64,000 bases of DNA from an uncultured Holophaga sp. (GCA_963664825.1 OY761614.1:192001-256000), one strand, 5' to 3'; counted from the first letter of the stretch, positions 1-9,747 are shown. Translations and numbers: made by a program. Notes: a model not told the origin generated them from the sequence alone.

Positions 1-995
1 TTGATGCTCCAGACCCCGTTGACCCGGGTGGCCAAGAAGGCCTCGTTGGGACCCAGCTGGGCCTGCATGAGTTCCTCGATGCTGACGGCCAATTCGGGCA
101 CCTGGGTCTCATCGATATTCACATCCTCGAGCAGGTGCTCCACGACCTCGAGCATGCGGGTGGCTTCCTGAAGCCGAGGCTGTTCCTCCAGGAGGAGCCT
201 CAGCTCCGATTGAGCCTCCTGGAGCTTCTGCTTCTCCACCAGCTGCCGGGCCCGCTGGAGCTGAAGGCTACTGCGCTCGCCCAGCCTTCCGCCCGGATGG
301 AGGATACGGACCATGCCCCGCTCGTGCAGATCGAAGAGCAGCTTGTGGATCTTGAAATCCGTGGCGCGCATTTCGATGATGAGCTGGTCGATGGTCTTGA
401 TCCCATCGAGCCGGGAGAGGACATCGGCATCCTCGGCCGCCAGGGGCAGCATCTCCGCGATGGCTTCCGAAACCGCACCGAGGACGGCGTCCCCCCCCTT
501 GATGATCTTCCGGATCCGCTTCCACTCATCCACCCGGCGGGCGCCCTCCAGCACGATGCCCGTGACATCCAGTTGCAGCAGGACGGCCTTCTGGGGCGGC
601 AGCGCCCCGTCCAGGAATTCGAAGTTCCCGACCTCCCACAGGAAGACATCGAAGATCGATTCGTCCACCTTCAACTGGACGATGCGGCGGATCTCCGCTT
701 CGGTGATGAGCTGGCGGCTCACCAGGATCCGCCCCAGGAGCTGATTCTCGTCCTCCTGGGTGGCCAGCGCCTCCCGGAGCTGTTCTTCCGTGATGCGGTT
801 GAAGGCCAGCAGGTACTGGCCCAGGTATTCCCTGGGATCGGTGGAGACCACCCCCGTTATCCGCCCTTCGTGGAAGGAAACGCGCTTGGTGTGCTGGAAC
901 CCATTGAGCTCCAGGATCCCGGTCTTCTTCCCCACCGCCAACCACTGGAAGATGTCCTCCAGTCCCATGGTGGCCAAGTCACCCTTCAATCCCAT
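1..995 (-). CDS. DUF4388 (PatA-N-like) domain protein, 3' end runs off the window
   Basis: Not in the ORF track because it has no stop in the window. Manual translation from ATG at 995: MGLKGDLATMGLEDIFQWLAVGKKTGILEL...F.EGRI...LGQYLL...ITEEQL...LGRILV...FLWEVGNFEF, typical of DUF4388. Confidence 0.75.
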   Translation of the reverse strand, partial: MGLKGDLATMGLEDIFQWLAVGKKTGILELNGFQHTKRVSFHEGRITGVVSTDPREYLGQYLLAFNRITEEQLREALATQEDENQLLGRILVSRQLITEAEIRRIVQLKVDESIFDVFLWEVGNFEFLDGALPPQKAVLLQLDVTGIVLEGARRVDEWKRIRKIIKGGDAVLGAVSEAIAEMLPLAAEDADVLSRLDGIKTIDQLIIEMRATDFKIHKLLFDLHERGMVRILHPGGRLGERSSLQLQRARQLVEKQKLQEAQSELRLLLEEQPRLQEATRMLEVVEHLLEDVNIDETQVPELAVSIEELMQAQLGPNEAFLATRVNGVWSI

Positions 996-1109
996 CCAGG
1001 AACTCCCCGTCCGCTCACTTCAGGTTGCCGGACCTTGAGCTCCGGGATCCCCTCTGGTGCAGCATAGACTCATCGGCACAGGCCCGCCACCACTGAAGAT
1101 GCGACCAAC

Positions 1110-2099
1110 TCATAATGACTCGATGACATCCCGCAGCGCCTGATTGAGCAGCGTGGGGTGATGCCGGGCGAGGGGCTCCTCGGGATCCAACACGGGCTGG
1201 GCGAAGAGGGGCACGCCGCAGACACGGTCTCCACTGGGGAGGAGGGGGGCCCCCCCTTCCTCCCGGTAGCGTTGCAACAGGGGGGCCGGGAGGATGGCGC
1301 TATTGGCGATGACGGCGGCTAGGCCCAGGCCTCCGAAGGCCTGGATGCTCGCGATGTGGGCCTCCAGATCGAGACCCGCGCTCTCGCCGGGTTCGGTCAT
1401 GAGGTTGGCCACGTAGACGATGGGGGCTTCCGAGCGGGCAAGAGTCTGCTGGAGTTCGGGGATGAGCAGATTGGGGATGGTTGAAGTGTAGAGGCTGCCC
1501 GGAGCCAACAGGATCAGGTCGGCCTGAAGGATCGCCAGCACGGCCTCGGGCAGGGGCTCGGCATCCCGGGGTTCCAGCCAGAGCCGCGCCATCGGGGGGT
1601 GGGAGTCATTGACGGCGGTTTCACCCTCATAGAGTCGGCCCTCCATATCCTCGGCGCGGAGGATGACGGGCACCACGGTCGAAGGGAAGAGCCGTCCCGC
1701 CGTCACCAATACCCCGGAGAGCTGGCGGATGGCCCGCACCCAATCGCCGGTGATATCGGCCAGGGCCAACAGCATCAGATTGCCCAGGGAATGCCCCGCC
1801 AGGGAGCCCTCCCCCTTGAAGCGGTAGTTGAGGAGCTCGGAAAGGACCGATTCCTCCCGGGTGAGGGCCGAGAGGCAATTGCGCAGGTCTCCCGGCGGGA
1901 TGCCTCCCAGCTCGGCCCGGAGCCGACCCGAACTGCCCCCGTTATCGGAAACGGTGACGATGCCCGTCAGACGCCAGGGGTCGCGGTTGCGCCCCGCCTC
2001 GGGCTTCAGGGCCCTCAGCAGGGCGGCAAGCCCCGTCCCTCCCCCGATGGCTGCCACCCGCAGGGGCTGGTCCGCATGGAGGCCACGAGGACCGATCAA
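1110..2099 (-). CDS. yvcK: YvcK/GlmR family (UPF0052, CofD-related) protein
   Basis: GGGTGL, DNGGSSGRLR, PPGDLRN, GHSLGNL and PGSLYTS motifs. Confidence 0.9.
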   Translation of the reverse strand: MIGPRGLHADQPLRVAAIGGGTGLAALLRALKPEAGRNRDPWRLTGIVTVSDNGGSSGRLRAELGGIPPGDLRNCLSALTREESVLSELLNYRFKGEGSLAGHSLGNLMLLALADITGDWVRAIRQLSGVLVTAGRLFPSTVVPVILRAEDMEGRLYEGETAVNDSHPPMARLWLEPRDAEPLPEAVLAILQADLILLAPGSLYTSTIPNLLIPELQQTLARSEAPIVYVANLMTEPGESAGLDLEAHIASIQAFGGLGLAAVIANSAILPAPLLQRYREEGGAPLLPSGDRVCGVPLFAQPVLDPEEPLARHHPTLLNQALRDVIESL

Positions 2100-2627
2100 C
2101 TAGTCCCTTTCGAAGGCCGCGAAGGCAGCTCCGCAGCGCACACTATCGAAATCGGGTTCCAGACGGAAGAGCACCTGGACACCAGGATCGGCGGCGATGG
2201 CCTTCCCCAGGGCTTCGGCGGCCAATTCGACCTTCCCGAGCTGGGCCAGCGCGGTGGCCTTCAGGAAATTGAGGCGGGGATTGGCCCCGTCGCTCTTGAG
2301 GGCCGTCTCCAAGATATCCAGGGCGGCCTGTCCCTCCTTGAGGTTGAGATGCAGGGTCGCCTCAATGGCGGGCACTTCCGGGTCGTCTTCAGCCTTGAGG
2401 CCCCGGGCCTCGAGGGCGGTGAGGGTCGTGTTGATCGTGCGGATCATGCCGAAGTTCCCGGTGGTCCGAGCCTCGGGCAGGAGGGCGCTCAGGGCGACGG
2501 CAGCCTCCTTCAGCTTCTTCCCATAGAAAAGCTCCAGGGCCGCAGTCAGCTTTCCGTTCAGCGGGTTCTCCTGCCCCTTCGCGGGATCTGAGTTCGGGGT
2601 CACGGAGGATTTCGCTTTCGTTGCCAT
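2100..2627 (-). CDS. TPR-repeat protein
   Basis: Helical TPR-like repeats ending in a LFRLEPDFDSVR cap; abuts yvcK. Confidence 0.7.
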   Translation of the reverse strand: MATKAKSSVTPNSDPAKGQENPLNGKLTAALELFYGKKLKEAAVALSALLPEARTTGNFGMIRTINTTLTALEARGLKAEDDPEVPAIEATLHLNLKEGQAALDILETALKSDGANPRLNFLKATALAQLGKVELAAEALGKAIAADPGVQVLFRLEPDFDSVRCGAAFAAFERD

Positions 2628-2656
2628 GCTCGTACCTCAGTTTCAGTGCTCTCCAA

Positions 2657-3868
2657 CTATACCTTGAAAAGGGCGGATTCGCGGTTCAGCAGGCGCGTAG
2701 CCAGCCAAGTCAGGATTCCGGCCAGCCCCAGGGTCATCAGGAAGGCGATGGCGTATTCCAGGGCATTGCCCTGCTGGCTGAACATCTTGCGCACCGCCAG
2801 GCTCACGTTGAGGATGGGCACATAGGGCAGCCAGGCCATCTTCTCGATGCCAGGCGCCATGGAAAACATGGCCGCCACCAGCACCACCACGAAGCCCGGC
2901 ATCATGGCGGTGCCGGCTTCCACCGTGTTCTTGGCCTGGGTGCCCATGAGCACGATGAAATTGGCGAAGAGCAGACCCAGGGGAATCATCAGGAGGAAGG
3001 TCAGGGTCAGGATCAGGGGGCTGGCGATGGCCGAGAGGGCGCCCAATCCGGGTTCCCCCGCCGCGGCCTGGGCGCCGATCTGGGAGGTCATCAGGCCCAT
3101 GGAGAGGCCCATGCTCGCCACATTGATCAGGGCCGAGATGAGGCCGATGGAGAATACGTAGATGAGCTTGCCCCAGATGATCTGGTTGCGGGGCAGGCTC
3201 GTGGAGAGAAGGCTCAGCAGCGTGCCCCGCTCCTTTTCACCGGCGGTGGCGTAGATGCCGTGCTGCATGGACCCCCCGAACATCATCAGCATGATCATGT
3301 AGGGCAGGAAGGCGCCCAGGGCCTTGCCCACCTCGAGGCCGGGGGTTGCGGCATCGGTGGCCTGGACGCGGGAAGGCACGGCGAGTTCCTGGGAAGCCCC
3401 CATGGCGCTCAGGCGGGACTGCACCCAGGTGGTATTCTGCTTCTCCATGACCTCCTTGAGCCGCTTCAGGGCGAGGCTCGAGGAATCATCGCTCTTGTCA
3501 TAGATGGCATGGAGGCTGAAGGTCTGATGGGACTGGAGCTGGAAGGCGGCCTCGGATCCCACCTCCAGCTTCATCTCCAGCTTCTGGTCGCGGATGGCCT
3601 GTTGGATATCCCCGGCGGGTGCGGGCACGATCTGGAAGGCCTTGGCATCGGCCTTCAGGATGGGTTCCATGACATGAGCCGGGTCCACCAGCAGGATGCG
3701 GCTGGGCTTGCCCTTCCGGTTGGCGGAATCGTTCTGGATCAGCTTGCCCAGCATGCCGAAGAGCAGCGGGTAGAGAATGAAGGGCATCAGGAAGGTGAAG
3801 AACATCGTCTTCCGATCCTTGGAGAGTTCCATGAACTCTTTTTTGCAGACGAGCAGGGCTCCGCGCAT
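2657..3868 (-). CDS. ABC-2 permease, NatB-like
   Basis: N-terminal TM, large extracytoplasmic loop, AGEKERGTL motif and five further TMs. Confidence 0.85.
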   Translation of the reverse strand: MRGALLVCKKEFMELSKDRKTMFFTFLMPFILYPLLFGMLGKLIQNDSANRKGKPSRILLVDPAHVMEPILKADAKAFQIVPAPAGDIQQAIRDQKLEMKLEVGSEAAFQLQSHQTFSLHAIYDKSDDSSSLALKRLKEVMEKQNTTWVQSRLSAMGASQELAVPSRVQATDAATPGLEVGKALGAFLPYMIMLMMFGGSMQHGIYATAGEKERGTLLSLLSTSLPRNQIIWGKLIYVFSIGLISALINVASMGLSMGLMTSQIGAQAAAGEPGLGALSAIASPLILTLTFLLMIPLGLLFANFIVLMGTQAKNTVEAGTAMMPGFVVVLVAAMFSMAPGIEKMAWLPYVPILNVSLAVRKMFSQQGNALEYAIAFLMTLGLAGILTWLATRLLNRESALFKV

Positions 3869-4630
3869 CTAGACCTCCACCGCGCTCTGGGCGGCCAGCT
3901 TGAAGAAGACCTCGTCGAGGCTCTTCGCGTTCCAGGATTCCAGGATCTGTTTGGGCGCCGCATCTCCATGCAGGGCGCCATCGAAGATGATGCCGACACG
4001 ATCACAGATCTCATCGACCATGGGCATCACGTGGGTGGAGACGATGACCGAGCGGCCTTCGGAGCGCATGATCCGCAGCAGATCCAGCACGGTCTTGGCC
4101 GTGAGCACATCCAAGCCCGTCGTCGGTTCATCGAAGATCACCACCTTGGGATCGTGCAGCAGGGCCCGGGCGATGGAGACCTTCTGCTTCTGCCCGCTAG
4201 AGAAGCCCTCCATTCGAACATCGGCGAAGTCCAGGAGTTGGAGCTTCTCCAGGAGGTGAAGCCCGCGGCGCTCGGCCACCTTGGCCTCCACCCCTTGGAA
4301 TTCGCCGAAGAGGCGCAATAGTTCCCGGGGGGTGAAGCGGGCGTAGACGTTCAGGTCCGTGGATAGGTAGCCCACCAGACTCCTGGCCTTCTCGGGCTCC
4401 AGGCGGTTATCGATGCCGCAAATCTCGATCCTGCCCTGATCGGCCTGCATGAGCCCGGCGATCATCCGCAGGGTCGTGGACTTGCCGGCCCCATTGGGCC
4501 CCAGCAGGCCGTAGATCTCGCCAGGCTTGACGGTGAGGGAGAGGCCCTTGACGGCCTCGATCCGCTTCTTGGCCCGGGTCTTCTTGTCCTTGACGGTGAA
4601 TGTCTTGTGCACATCCATGAGCTGGATCAT
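3869..4630 (-). CDS. ABC transporter ATP-binding protein, NatA-like
   Basis: GPNGAGKST, FSSGQKQK and IFDEPT motifs. Confidence 0.9.
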   Translation of the reverse strand: MIQLMDVHKTFTVKDKKTRAKKRIEAVKGLSLTVKPGEIYGLLGPNGAGKSTTLRMIAGLMQADQGRIEICGIDNRLEPEKARSLVGYLSTDLNVYARFTPRELLRLFGEFQGVEAKVAERRGLHLLEKLQLLDFADVRMEGFSSGQKQKVSIARALLHDPKVVIFDEPTTGLDVLTAKTVLDLLRIMRSEGRSVIVSTHVMPMVDEICDRVGIIFDGALHGDAAPKQILESWNAKSLDEVFFKLAAQSAVEV

Positions 4631-4759
4631 GTGCGCCTCCTGGGAAACTACAGGGGAAGTCTAACCCAGCGCGCCTGGACTCCCCTTCGACCAGGACGAG
4701 CCGGAGCCCAGGACCGGTGAATGGAAGGTTGGGAAGGGCTCAGCGGAAGGTCCCAGGAC

Positions 4760-5599
4760 CTAATGACGGAGGCCCAGGAAGAGCAGCACAGCCCCGGCGC
4801 CAAGACAGTAGATGGCGAAGCCTCCCAGCTTCGGCTTGCGAGTGAAGCGATCCAGCAGCCCGATGGCCAGATACCCGGAGAGGGCCGAGACCAGCACACC
4901 CACCGCGCAGAACAGGGCCGGATGGGCCGAACCCGCAGGGAAGGCCATTTCCGCATTCAGCGGTTGCCCTAGGAAGAGGGGCTTCACCAGCTTCCGCCCC
5001 TCCACGAGAGCGGCCGCAGCGATGGTGGGGATGCCCAGCAGGAAGCTGAAGCGGGTGGAGGCCGGCAGCGCCAGGCCCCGGAAGGCCCCCATGGCGAGGG
5101 TGGAACCGCTGCGGGAGAGGCCGAAGCCGCCCCCCAACCCCTGGATAGAGCCGATGGCCAGCGCGTCCAGCGCGTTCATACCAGTGATATCCCGCCCTGC
5201 CCGCTTCTTGGAAAGCTCGTTGGCCACCCAGAGCATCCCCGCCGTCAGCAGCAGGCAGACGCCATAGATCCAGATGTGATCCTTGGCCGTCTCCTTCATG
5301 TGCCGGGTGAGCATGCCGAAGATGCCCGTGGGGATCATGGCGATGAAGAGCCAGAGGGCCAGGCGCCGCCCCTCCAGATCCCTGCCGACGAGGCCTCGCA
5401 AGACCTGGGCGATCTCCTTCCGGAAATACACGCAGAGCGCCAACAGCGTACCCACGTGCAGCAGCACATCAAAGGCCAGAGGCATGCTGCGGCCCAGCAT
5501 CAGGTTTTCCACCATCGTGAGATGGGCCGTGGAGGAGACCGGCAGGAACTCCGTGAGGCCCTGGACGAGGCCGAGCAGGATGGCATGCAACAGATTCAT
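4760..5599 (-). CDS. uppP: undecaprenyl-diphosphate phosphatase
   Basis: QGLTEFLPVSSTAH and GLSRSGST motifs. Confidence 0.92.
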   Translation of the reverse strand: MNLLHAILLGLVQGLTEFLPVSSTAHLTMVENLMLGRSMPLAFDVLLHVGTLLALCVYFRKEIAQVLRGLVGRDLEGRRLALWLFIAMIPTGIFGMLTRHMKETAKDHIWIYGVCLLLTAGMLWVANELSKKRAGRDITGMNALDALAIGSIQGLGGGFGLSRSGSTLAMGAFRGLALPASTRFSFLLGIPTIAAAALVEGRKLVKPLFLGQPLNAEMAFPAGSAHPALFCAVGVLVSALSGYLAIGLLDRFTRKPKLGGFAIYCLGAGAVLLFLGLRH

Positions 5600-6054
5600 G
5601 GAGGCTCCAGCCTAAAGCAACAGTGTGCCAGAGAGCGCGACGGCACCCACCAGGGTCTGGCCTCAGAAGGCCTCCTCAGCCCGCCCCCCCGCGTCCCAAC
5701 AGGCCAGCGCCATGAGCAGCGTGCCGATACCTACAGAGATTCCCACGACCCACCACGCAGAAGGCGTGTGCGGTCCCATCCAATCCGTCAGCCCCATGCA
5801 TGGCATGGCCCAGGGGAAGCATCTGGCCAGGGCAGGCCGATTGCTCACCACGGCGATGAGCGCCACGCCTGTGATGCCCAGGCCCAGATTCACGCCCATA
5901 TTCGAAAATCGGAACGCGAGCCAAGTGTGGGCACTGGCCAGGGCCCAGCTGGCCGCCCAGAGCATTCCAACAAGCGTTGCCGCCAGGAACAAACTGGGCG
6001 CCTCCAGGTGCAGGGCGGGCCGGGCCAGACGCAGCGCCCATCCACCCAAAAAGA

Positions 6055-7384
6055 GGTTCTTCGCGGATTTGCGTGAAGTAGGTCGGCAGTGGCGGATTTC
6101 AGGCATCTTGGGTTTGTCGAGAACTCGAGATGAAGGAGGCCGCCACTGCCTACCAAAGAGCTTATGTCCCGCTTGGGCGGGTGGAAAGGGCAACGCGTCG
6201 GAATCGTGGAGCGCTTCGAAGCCGGGGTGAAGGGGCCGCGGGCCGAGGTGTGGATCGAGTTGCTTGGGTTCGGCGATCATCCCCGGAAGTGCAGCGGTTG
6301 TGGGCATTTCGTGCGGAGCGTCCACGACTGGTCAGAGCGGGAGATCCGCGACCTTCCGCTGTTCGACGCCGACACAGTCCTAGTGGTGTGGCGGGCTCGA
6401 GTAGCCTGCCCCCGGTGCGGCCCGAAGCTGGAAGCCCTGGACTGGTTGGAGCCCCATGCCCGGATCACGAACCGGCTTGCCGCGAGCGTGGCGCGGCTTT
6501 GCAAGGTCATGCCCATCAAACAGGTCGCGGAGCACTATGACCTGCACTGGGGCACGGTGAAGGCGATCGACAAGGCTTACCTGGACCGAGAACTTGGGCC
6601 CGTGAAGCTGAGCAAGGCGAGGCTTCTTCTGATGGACGAATTCGCCATCCACAAGGGACAGAGCTATGCCACGGTCATCACGGATGCGGAAACGCGTCGC
6701 GTGCTCTGGGTCGGGAAAGGGCGTGGCCGCGAGGACATCCGCCCGTTCTTCGATCTGATCGGGAAGAAGGGCTGCAAACGGATCCAGGCCGTGGGCATAG
6801 ACATGTCGGCGGCCTTCGAAGGCGAAGTCCGGGCGCGCTGTCCCAACGCCGAGATCGTCTACGACCAGTTTCATGTCGTGGCAAAGTACGGCCATGACGT
6901 CATCGACCGGATCCGGGTGGATGAGGCCAATCGATACCGGCACGACAAGGCCTCGCGGGAGCTCGTCAAGGGCGCGAAGTGGCTCCTGCTGGGCAATTGG
7001 GAGAACCTGCCGAATCGGGATGCCAAAGTCCGCCTCAACGAGTTATTGGACGCGAACCAGCCTCTGATGACCGCCTACGTGCTGAAAGACGCCCTGAAGG
7101 CACTGTGGCGCTACACGCGGGAGGGCTGGGCTCTGAAGGCCTGGGAGAACTGGATGGAACTCGCCACCTCAAGTGGACTCCAGCCCCTCGTGAAGTTCGC
7201 CAAGAATCTCGCCCAGCGGATCGACGGAATCCTCTCCCATTGCCGCTGGCCGCTCAATACCAGCGTCCAGGAAGGGATCAACAACAAGATCAAAGTCCTC
7301 AAGCGCATCGCCTACGGCTACCGGGATGAGGGCTACTTCTTCCTTAAGATCCGTGCGGCCTTCCCCGGAAAAACGTGAAGAACC
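6055..7384 (+). mobile_element. ISL3-family insertion sequence, 1330 bp
   Basis: Imperfect terminal IRs (GGTTCTTCGCGGATTTGCGTGAAG versus rc GGTTCTTCACGTTTTTCCGGGGAAG); 8-bp direct repeat CAAAAAGA at 6047-6054 and 7385-7392. Confidence 0.95.
6164..7378 (+). CDS. ISL3-family transposase (start may be CTG at 6146)
   Basis: CSGC/CPRC zinc finger, MDEFA, IDMS, YDQFHVV and EGINNKIKVLKRIAYGYRD motifs. Confidence 0.95.
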   Translation: MSRLGGWKGQRVGIVERFEAGVKGPRAEVWIELLGFGDHPRKCSGCGHFVRSVHDWSEREIRDLPLFDADTVLVVWRARVACPRCGPKLEALDWLEPHARITNRLAASVARLCKVMPIKQVAEHYDLHWGTVKAIDKAYLDRELGPVKLSKARLLLMDEFAIHKGQSYATVITDAETRRVLWVGKGRGREDIRPFFDLIGKKGCKRIQAVGIDMSAAFEGEVRARCPNAEIVYDQFHVVAKYGHDVIDRIRVDEANRYRHDKASRELVKGAKWLLLGNWENLPNRDAKVRLNELLDANQPLMTAYVLKDALKALWRYTREGWALKAWENWMELATSSGLQPLVKFAKNLAQRIDGILSHCRWPLNTSVQEGINNKIKVLKRIAYGYRDEGYFFLKIRAAFPGKT

Positions 7385-7758
7385 CAAAAAGAAGCCCACC
7401 AGCAGGAGCAGGTGCGAGAGCAGGAGCAGCATTCCAAGGGCCAGTTGCTTGGCGGCGAGATGTTTCCAGCGAGCCACAGGCAGCGCGAATAGGTGCTTCC
7501 ACTGGTGGTTCTGGTGCTCCAGGCTCGCCAGCAGCGTGGCCAGGAGACAGACCAGCAGGGGCAGCAGGAAGTAGGCCCAGGGGACCAGGCTGAAACTCAT
7601 CCATTGGCGCCAGCTGGCCCCCTGCCCGGGTTCCATCACGAGGGCGCCCACCAGGATGGAGACGACGAGCAGCCCCAGGGGAAAGAGCAGGGCCAGGCCC
7701 AGGATCAGGCTGCGGCGCAGCTTGAGGAATTCCGCACGGAGAAGCGCGATGAGACCTT

Positions 7759-8649
7759 TCACAGATCCTCCGTGAGCGTGAGAAAGAGATCTTCCAATCC
7801 GGCTTCCTTCAAGGCCAAGCCGTAGAGGGGAATGCCTGCGCCCACCAGCATTTCCGCCACTCTCGGCGCCTGGGTGCGTTCCGCGTTCAAGAGGATCCGC
7901 TCGCCCTCCTGCTCTCCCACGAGGCCCAGACCCGCCAGGCAGGCCAGAGCCCGCTCTGGCGCGCCGCAGAGCACTTCCATCCGGGTTTCCCCCTTGGCGC
8001 GGAGTTCGGCGGGACTGCCCTGGAAGCGCATGCGCCCCTGGGCGAGAATCACCACGTGATCGGCCAGCTGTTCCACTTCGGCCAGCAGATGGCTACTGAG
8101 GAAGATCGTGACCCCCAGGCGCACGGGCAGATCCCGGATGAGTTCGCGCATTTCCCGGATCCCCGCCGGGTCGAGACCATTGGTGGGCTCGTCGAGGATG
8201 AGCAACTCCGGCTTGTGCAGCAGGGCCAGCGCCAGACCCAGGCGCTGCTTCATGCCCAGGGAATAGCCCTGGGAGGGGCGATCCGCCGCGTCGCACAGCC
8301 CCACAAGCTCCAGCACCTCGTCGATGCTCCCCCGGGGACATCCCCTTATGAGCCGCGTGATCTCCAGGTTCTCCCGGCCCGTGAGATGAGGGTAGAGACT
8401 CGGATTCTCCACCATGGCGCCGATGCGCGAGAGGGCCTCCAGATCCCCCGGAGGGCGACCCAGCACTTCGCAACTGCCCGAGGTGGGCTTCAGAAGCCCC
8501 AACAGCAGGCGGATGGTGGTGGTCTTGCCCGAGCCGTTGGGCCCCAGGAAGGCGCTGACGCCCCCTCGGGGCACCTGAAGATTTAGATCCTCCAAGGCCT
8601 TTACCGCACCGAAGTGGCGCGTCAGGCCTCGGCTGGAGATGGCGTTCAT
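7759..8649 (-). CDS. ABC transporter ATP-binding protein (BcrA-like)
   Basis: Start MNAISSRG overlaps the upstream stop; GPNGSGKTT, YSLGMKQRL and LDEPTNGLDP motifs. Confidence 0.9.
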   Translation of the reverse strand: MNAISSRGLTRHFGAVKALEDLNLQVPRGGVSAFLGPNGSGKTTTIRLLLGLLKPTSGSCEVLGRPPGDLEALSRIGAMVENPSLYPHLTGRENLEITRLIRGCPRGSIDEVLELVGLCDAADRPSQGYSLGMKQRLGLALALLHKPELLILDEPTNGLDPAGIREMRELIRDLPVRLGVTIFLSSHLLAEVEQLADHVVILAQGRMRFQGSPAELRAKGETRMEVLCGAPERALACLAGLGLVGEQEGERILLNAERTQAPRVAEMLVGAGIPLYGLALKEAGLEDLFLTLTEDL

Positions 8650-9377
8650 GCGGGCTCCTTCGCATCGGGCACCGCCTTCAACAGGGCCAGGTATTCCCTG
8701 TGTTCCTTCCAGCCGCGGATCATGGCCAGGGCGGCCCAGACCAGAAGGCCCACCTGGAACAGGAGAAAGGCCAGGGCCAAGCCAATGTTGAAGGTGCCGT
8801 ACAGCCAGACGCCATGAGCCCCGAAGAGTTCCAGGAAGAAGAACAAGGCCTGGGCCACCAACACCGCGTAGGCACGCGCCTCCTCCGGCCCCCGGAGACC
8901 GAAGGGAGCCGCCACGAGGTAGAGCAGTGGGAGCGCCACCCCCAGCAGCCAGGGGCGCCAGAGCTCCGCCATAACGCGGGGCAGCTCCTTGAGTTCGGCA
9001 GGACACTGGGAGCACTCCAGGTTCCAGCGAATGAATCCGATCAGGAAACAGGTTTGGAAGACCAGCAGGAAGAGCGCCAGACCCAATATCCACAGCCATC
9101 GCCTGCGTTCCTGGGCGACATCGGGCGCCGCCTTCACCTGCCCCAGCCCCCGATAAAGCCAGCGTTCCAACAGAGGCTTAGCAGCCAGCCAGAGCAAAGG
9201 CATCGCACACACACCCCAGATCCACGCGTACCGGGACTTTTCCACGTACATGATCACCACGACTTCCATCAGGGCCATGAACCCGCCCAGAGCCGTGGCC
9301 AGCCCACTTTTGCGGGCCTGAAAGGCGGCGTAATCCGTGGTCAGCGTTTCGAGCTTGGAGAGTTCCATCGCGTTCAT
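8646..9377 (-). CDS. multi-pass membrane protein, unknown function
   Basis: About six hydrophobic segments; ATGA overlaps with both neighbours. Confidence 0.75.
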   Translation of the reverse strand: MNAMELSKLETLTTDYAAFQARKSGLATALGGFMALMEVVVIMYVEKSRYAWIWGVCAMPLLWLAAKPLLERWLYRGLGQVKAAPDVAQERRRWLWILGLALFLLVFQTCFLIGFIRWNLECSQCPAELKELPRVMAELWRPWLLGVALPLLYLVAAPFGLRGPEEARAYAVLVAQALFFFLELFGAHGVWLYGTFNIGLALAFLLFQVGLLVWAALAMIRGWKEHREYLALLKAVPDAKEPA

Positions 9378-9694
9378 CGCGTCTTCTCCTCGGGCAGGAG
9401 CGCCCGCAATTGCGTGTGATAGGCCTTCAGCGCCACCCGGCCCTCCAGGGTGATGCGAAAGCTCGTGACGGGAATGCGTCCCCGGAAGGCCTTCACCGTC
9501 TCCAGGTAGCCCGCGACCTCCAGCTTCTGCGTGTGGCTCGACAGATTGCCCTTGCTGAGGCCCGTGACCCGCTGGAGGAAGAGGAATTCCACTTCCTCGG
9601 CCGCGGAAAGCACCGTGAGGATGGCCAACCGCGCCGGTTCGTGGACCATGCGGTCCAGGTTGAGGATGGGCTGGAGATCGGGCTCACGAGACAT
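9374..9694 (-). CDS. winged-helix (MarR-like/HTH_34) transcriptional regulator
   Basis: LDRMVHEPARLAIL...F.FLQ..TGLSKGNLSSH..KLE.AGY pattern. Confidence 0.85.
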   Translation of the reverse strand: MSREPDLQPILNLDRMVHEPARLAILTVLSAAEEVEFLFLQRVTGLSKGNLSSHTQKLEVAGYLETVKAFRGRIPVTSFRITLEGRVALKAYHTQLRALLPEEKTR

Positions 9695-9706
9695 GGGCGG
9701 TTCGTC

Positions 9707-9747
9707 TTTACAAAAACAAGTTTGTATAGCAAACTTGTTTTTGTAAA
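9707..9747. promoter_or_regulatory. perfect 18-bp inverted repeat, probable operator
   Basis: TTTACAAAAACAAGTTTG-tatag-CAAACTTGTTTTTGTAAA, AT-rich, between the divergent regulator and ltaE. Confidence 0.7.

Larger units (their letters stand above)
5663..7762 (-). pseudogene. ABC-2 permease (lantibiotic/bacitracin immunity type) interrupted by ISL3
   Basis: The N-half (7762-7385: RAEFLKLRR...EHQNHQWKHLFALPV...VGFFLG) and C-half (6046-5663: GWALRL...FPWAMP) join in frame (253 aa) when the IS and one TSD copy are removed. Confidence 0.88.

Noticed and set aside
135..1067. 310-aa plus-strand ORF
   Set aside because: Antisense shadow of the DUF4388-like gene
7169..7762. 197-aa ORF as an intact gene
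   Set aside because: It is the permease N-half reading into the ISL3 end
8650..9099. N-terminal extension of the ABC ATPase ORF, and similar extensions on hrpB, etfB, phoU, the porin and the M28 peptidase
   Set aside because: The extensions overlap neighbouring genes or spacers; downstream ATGs with an RBS or ATGA coupling fit better
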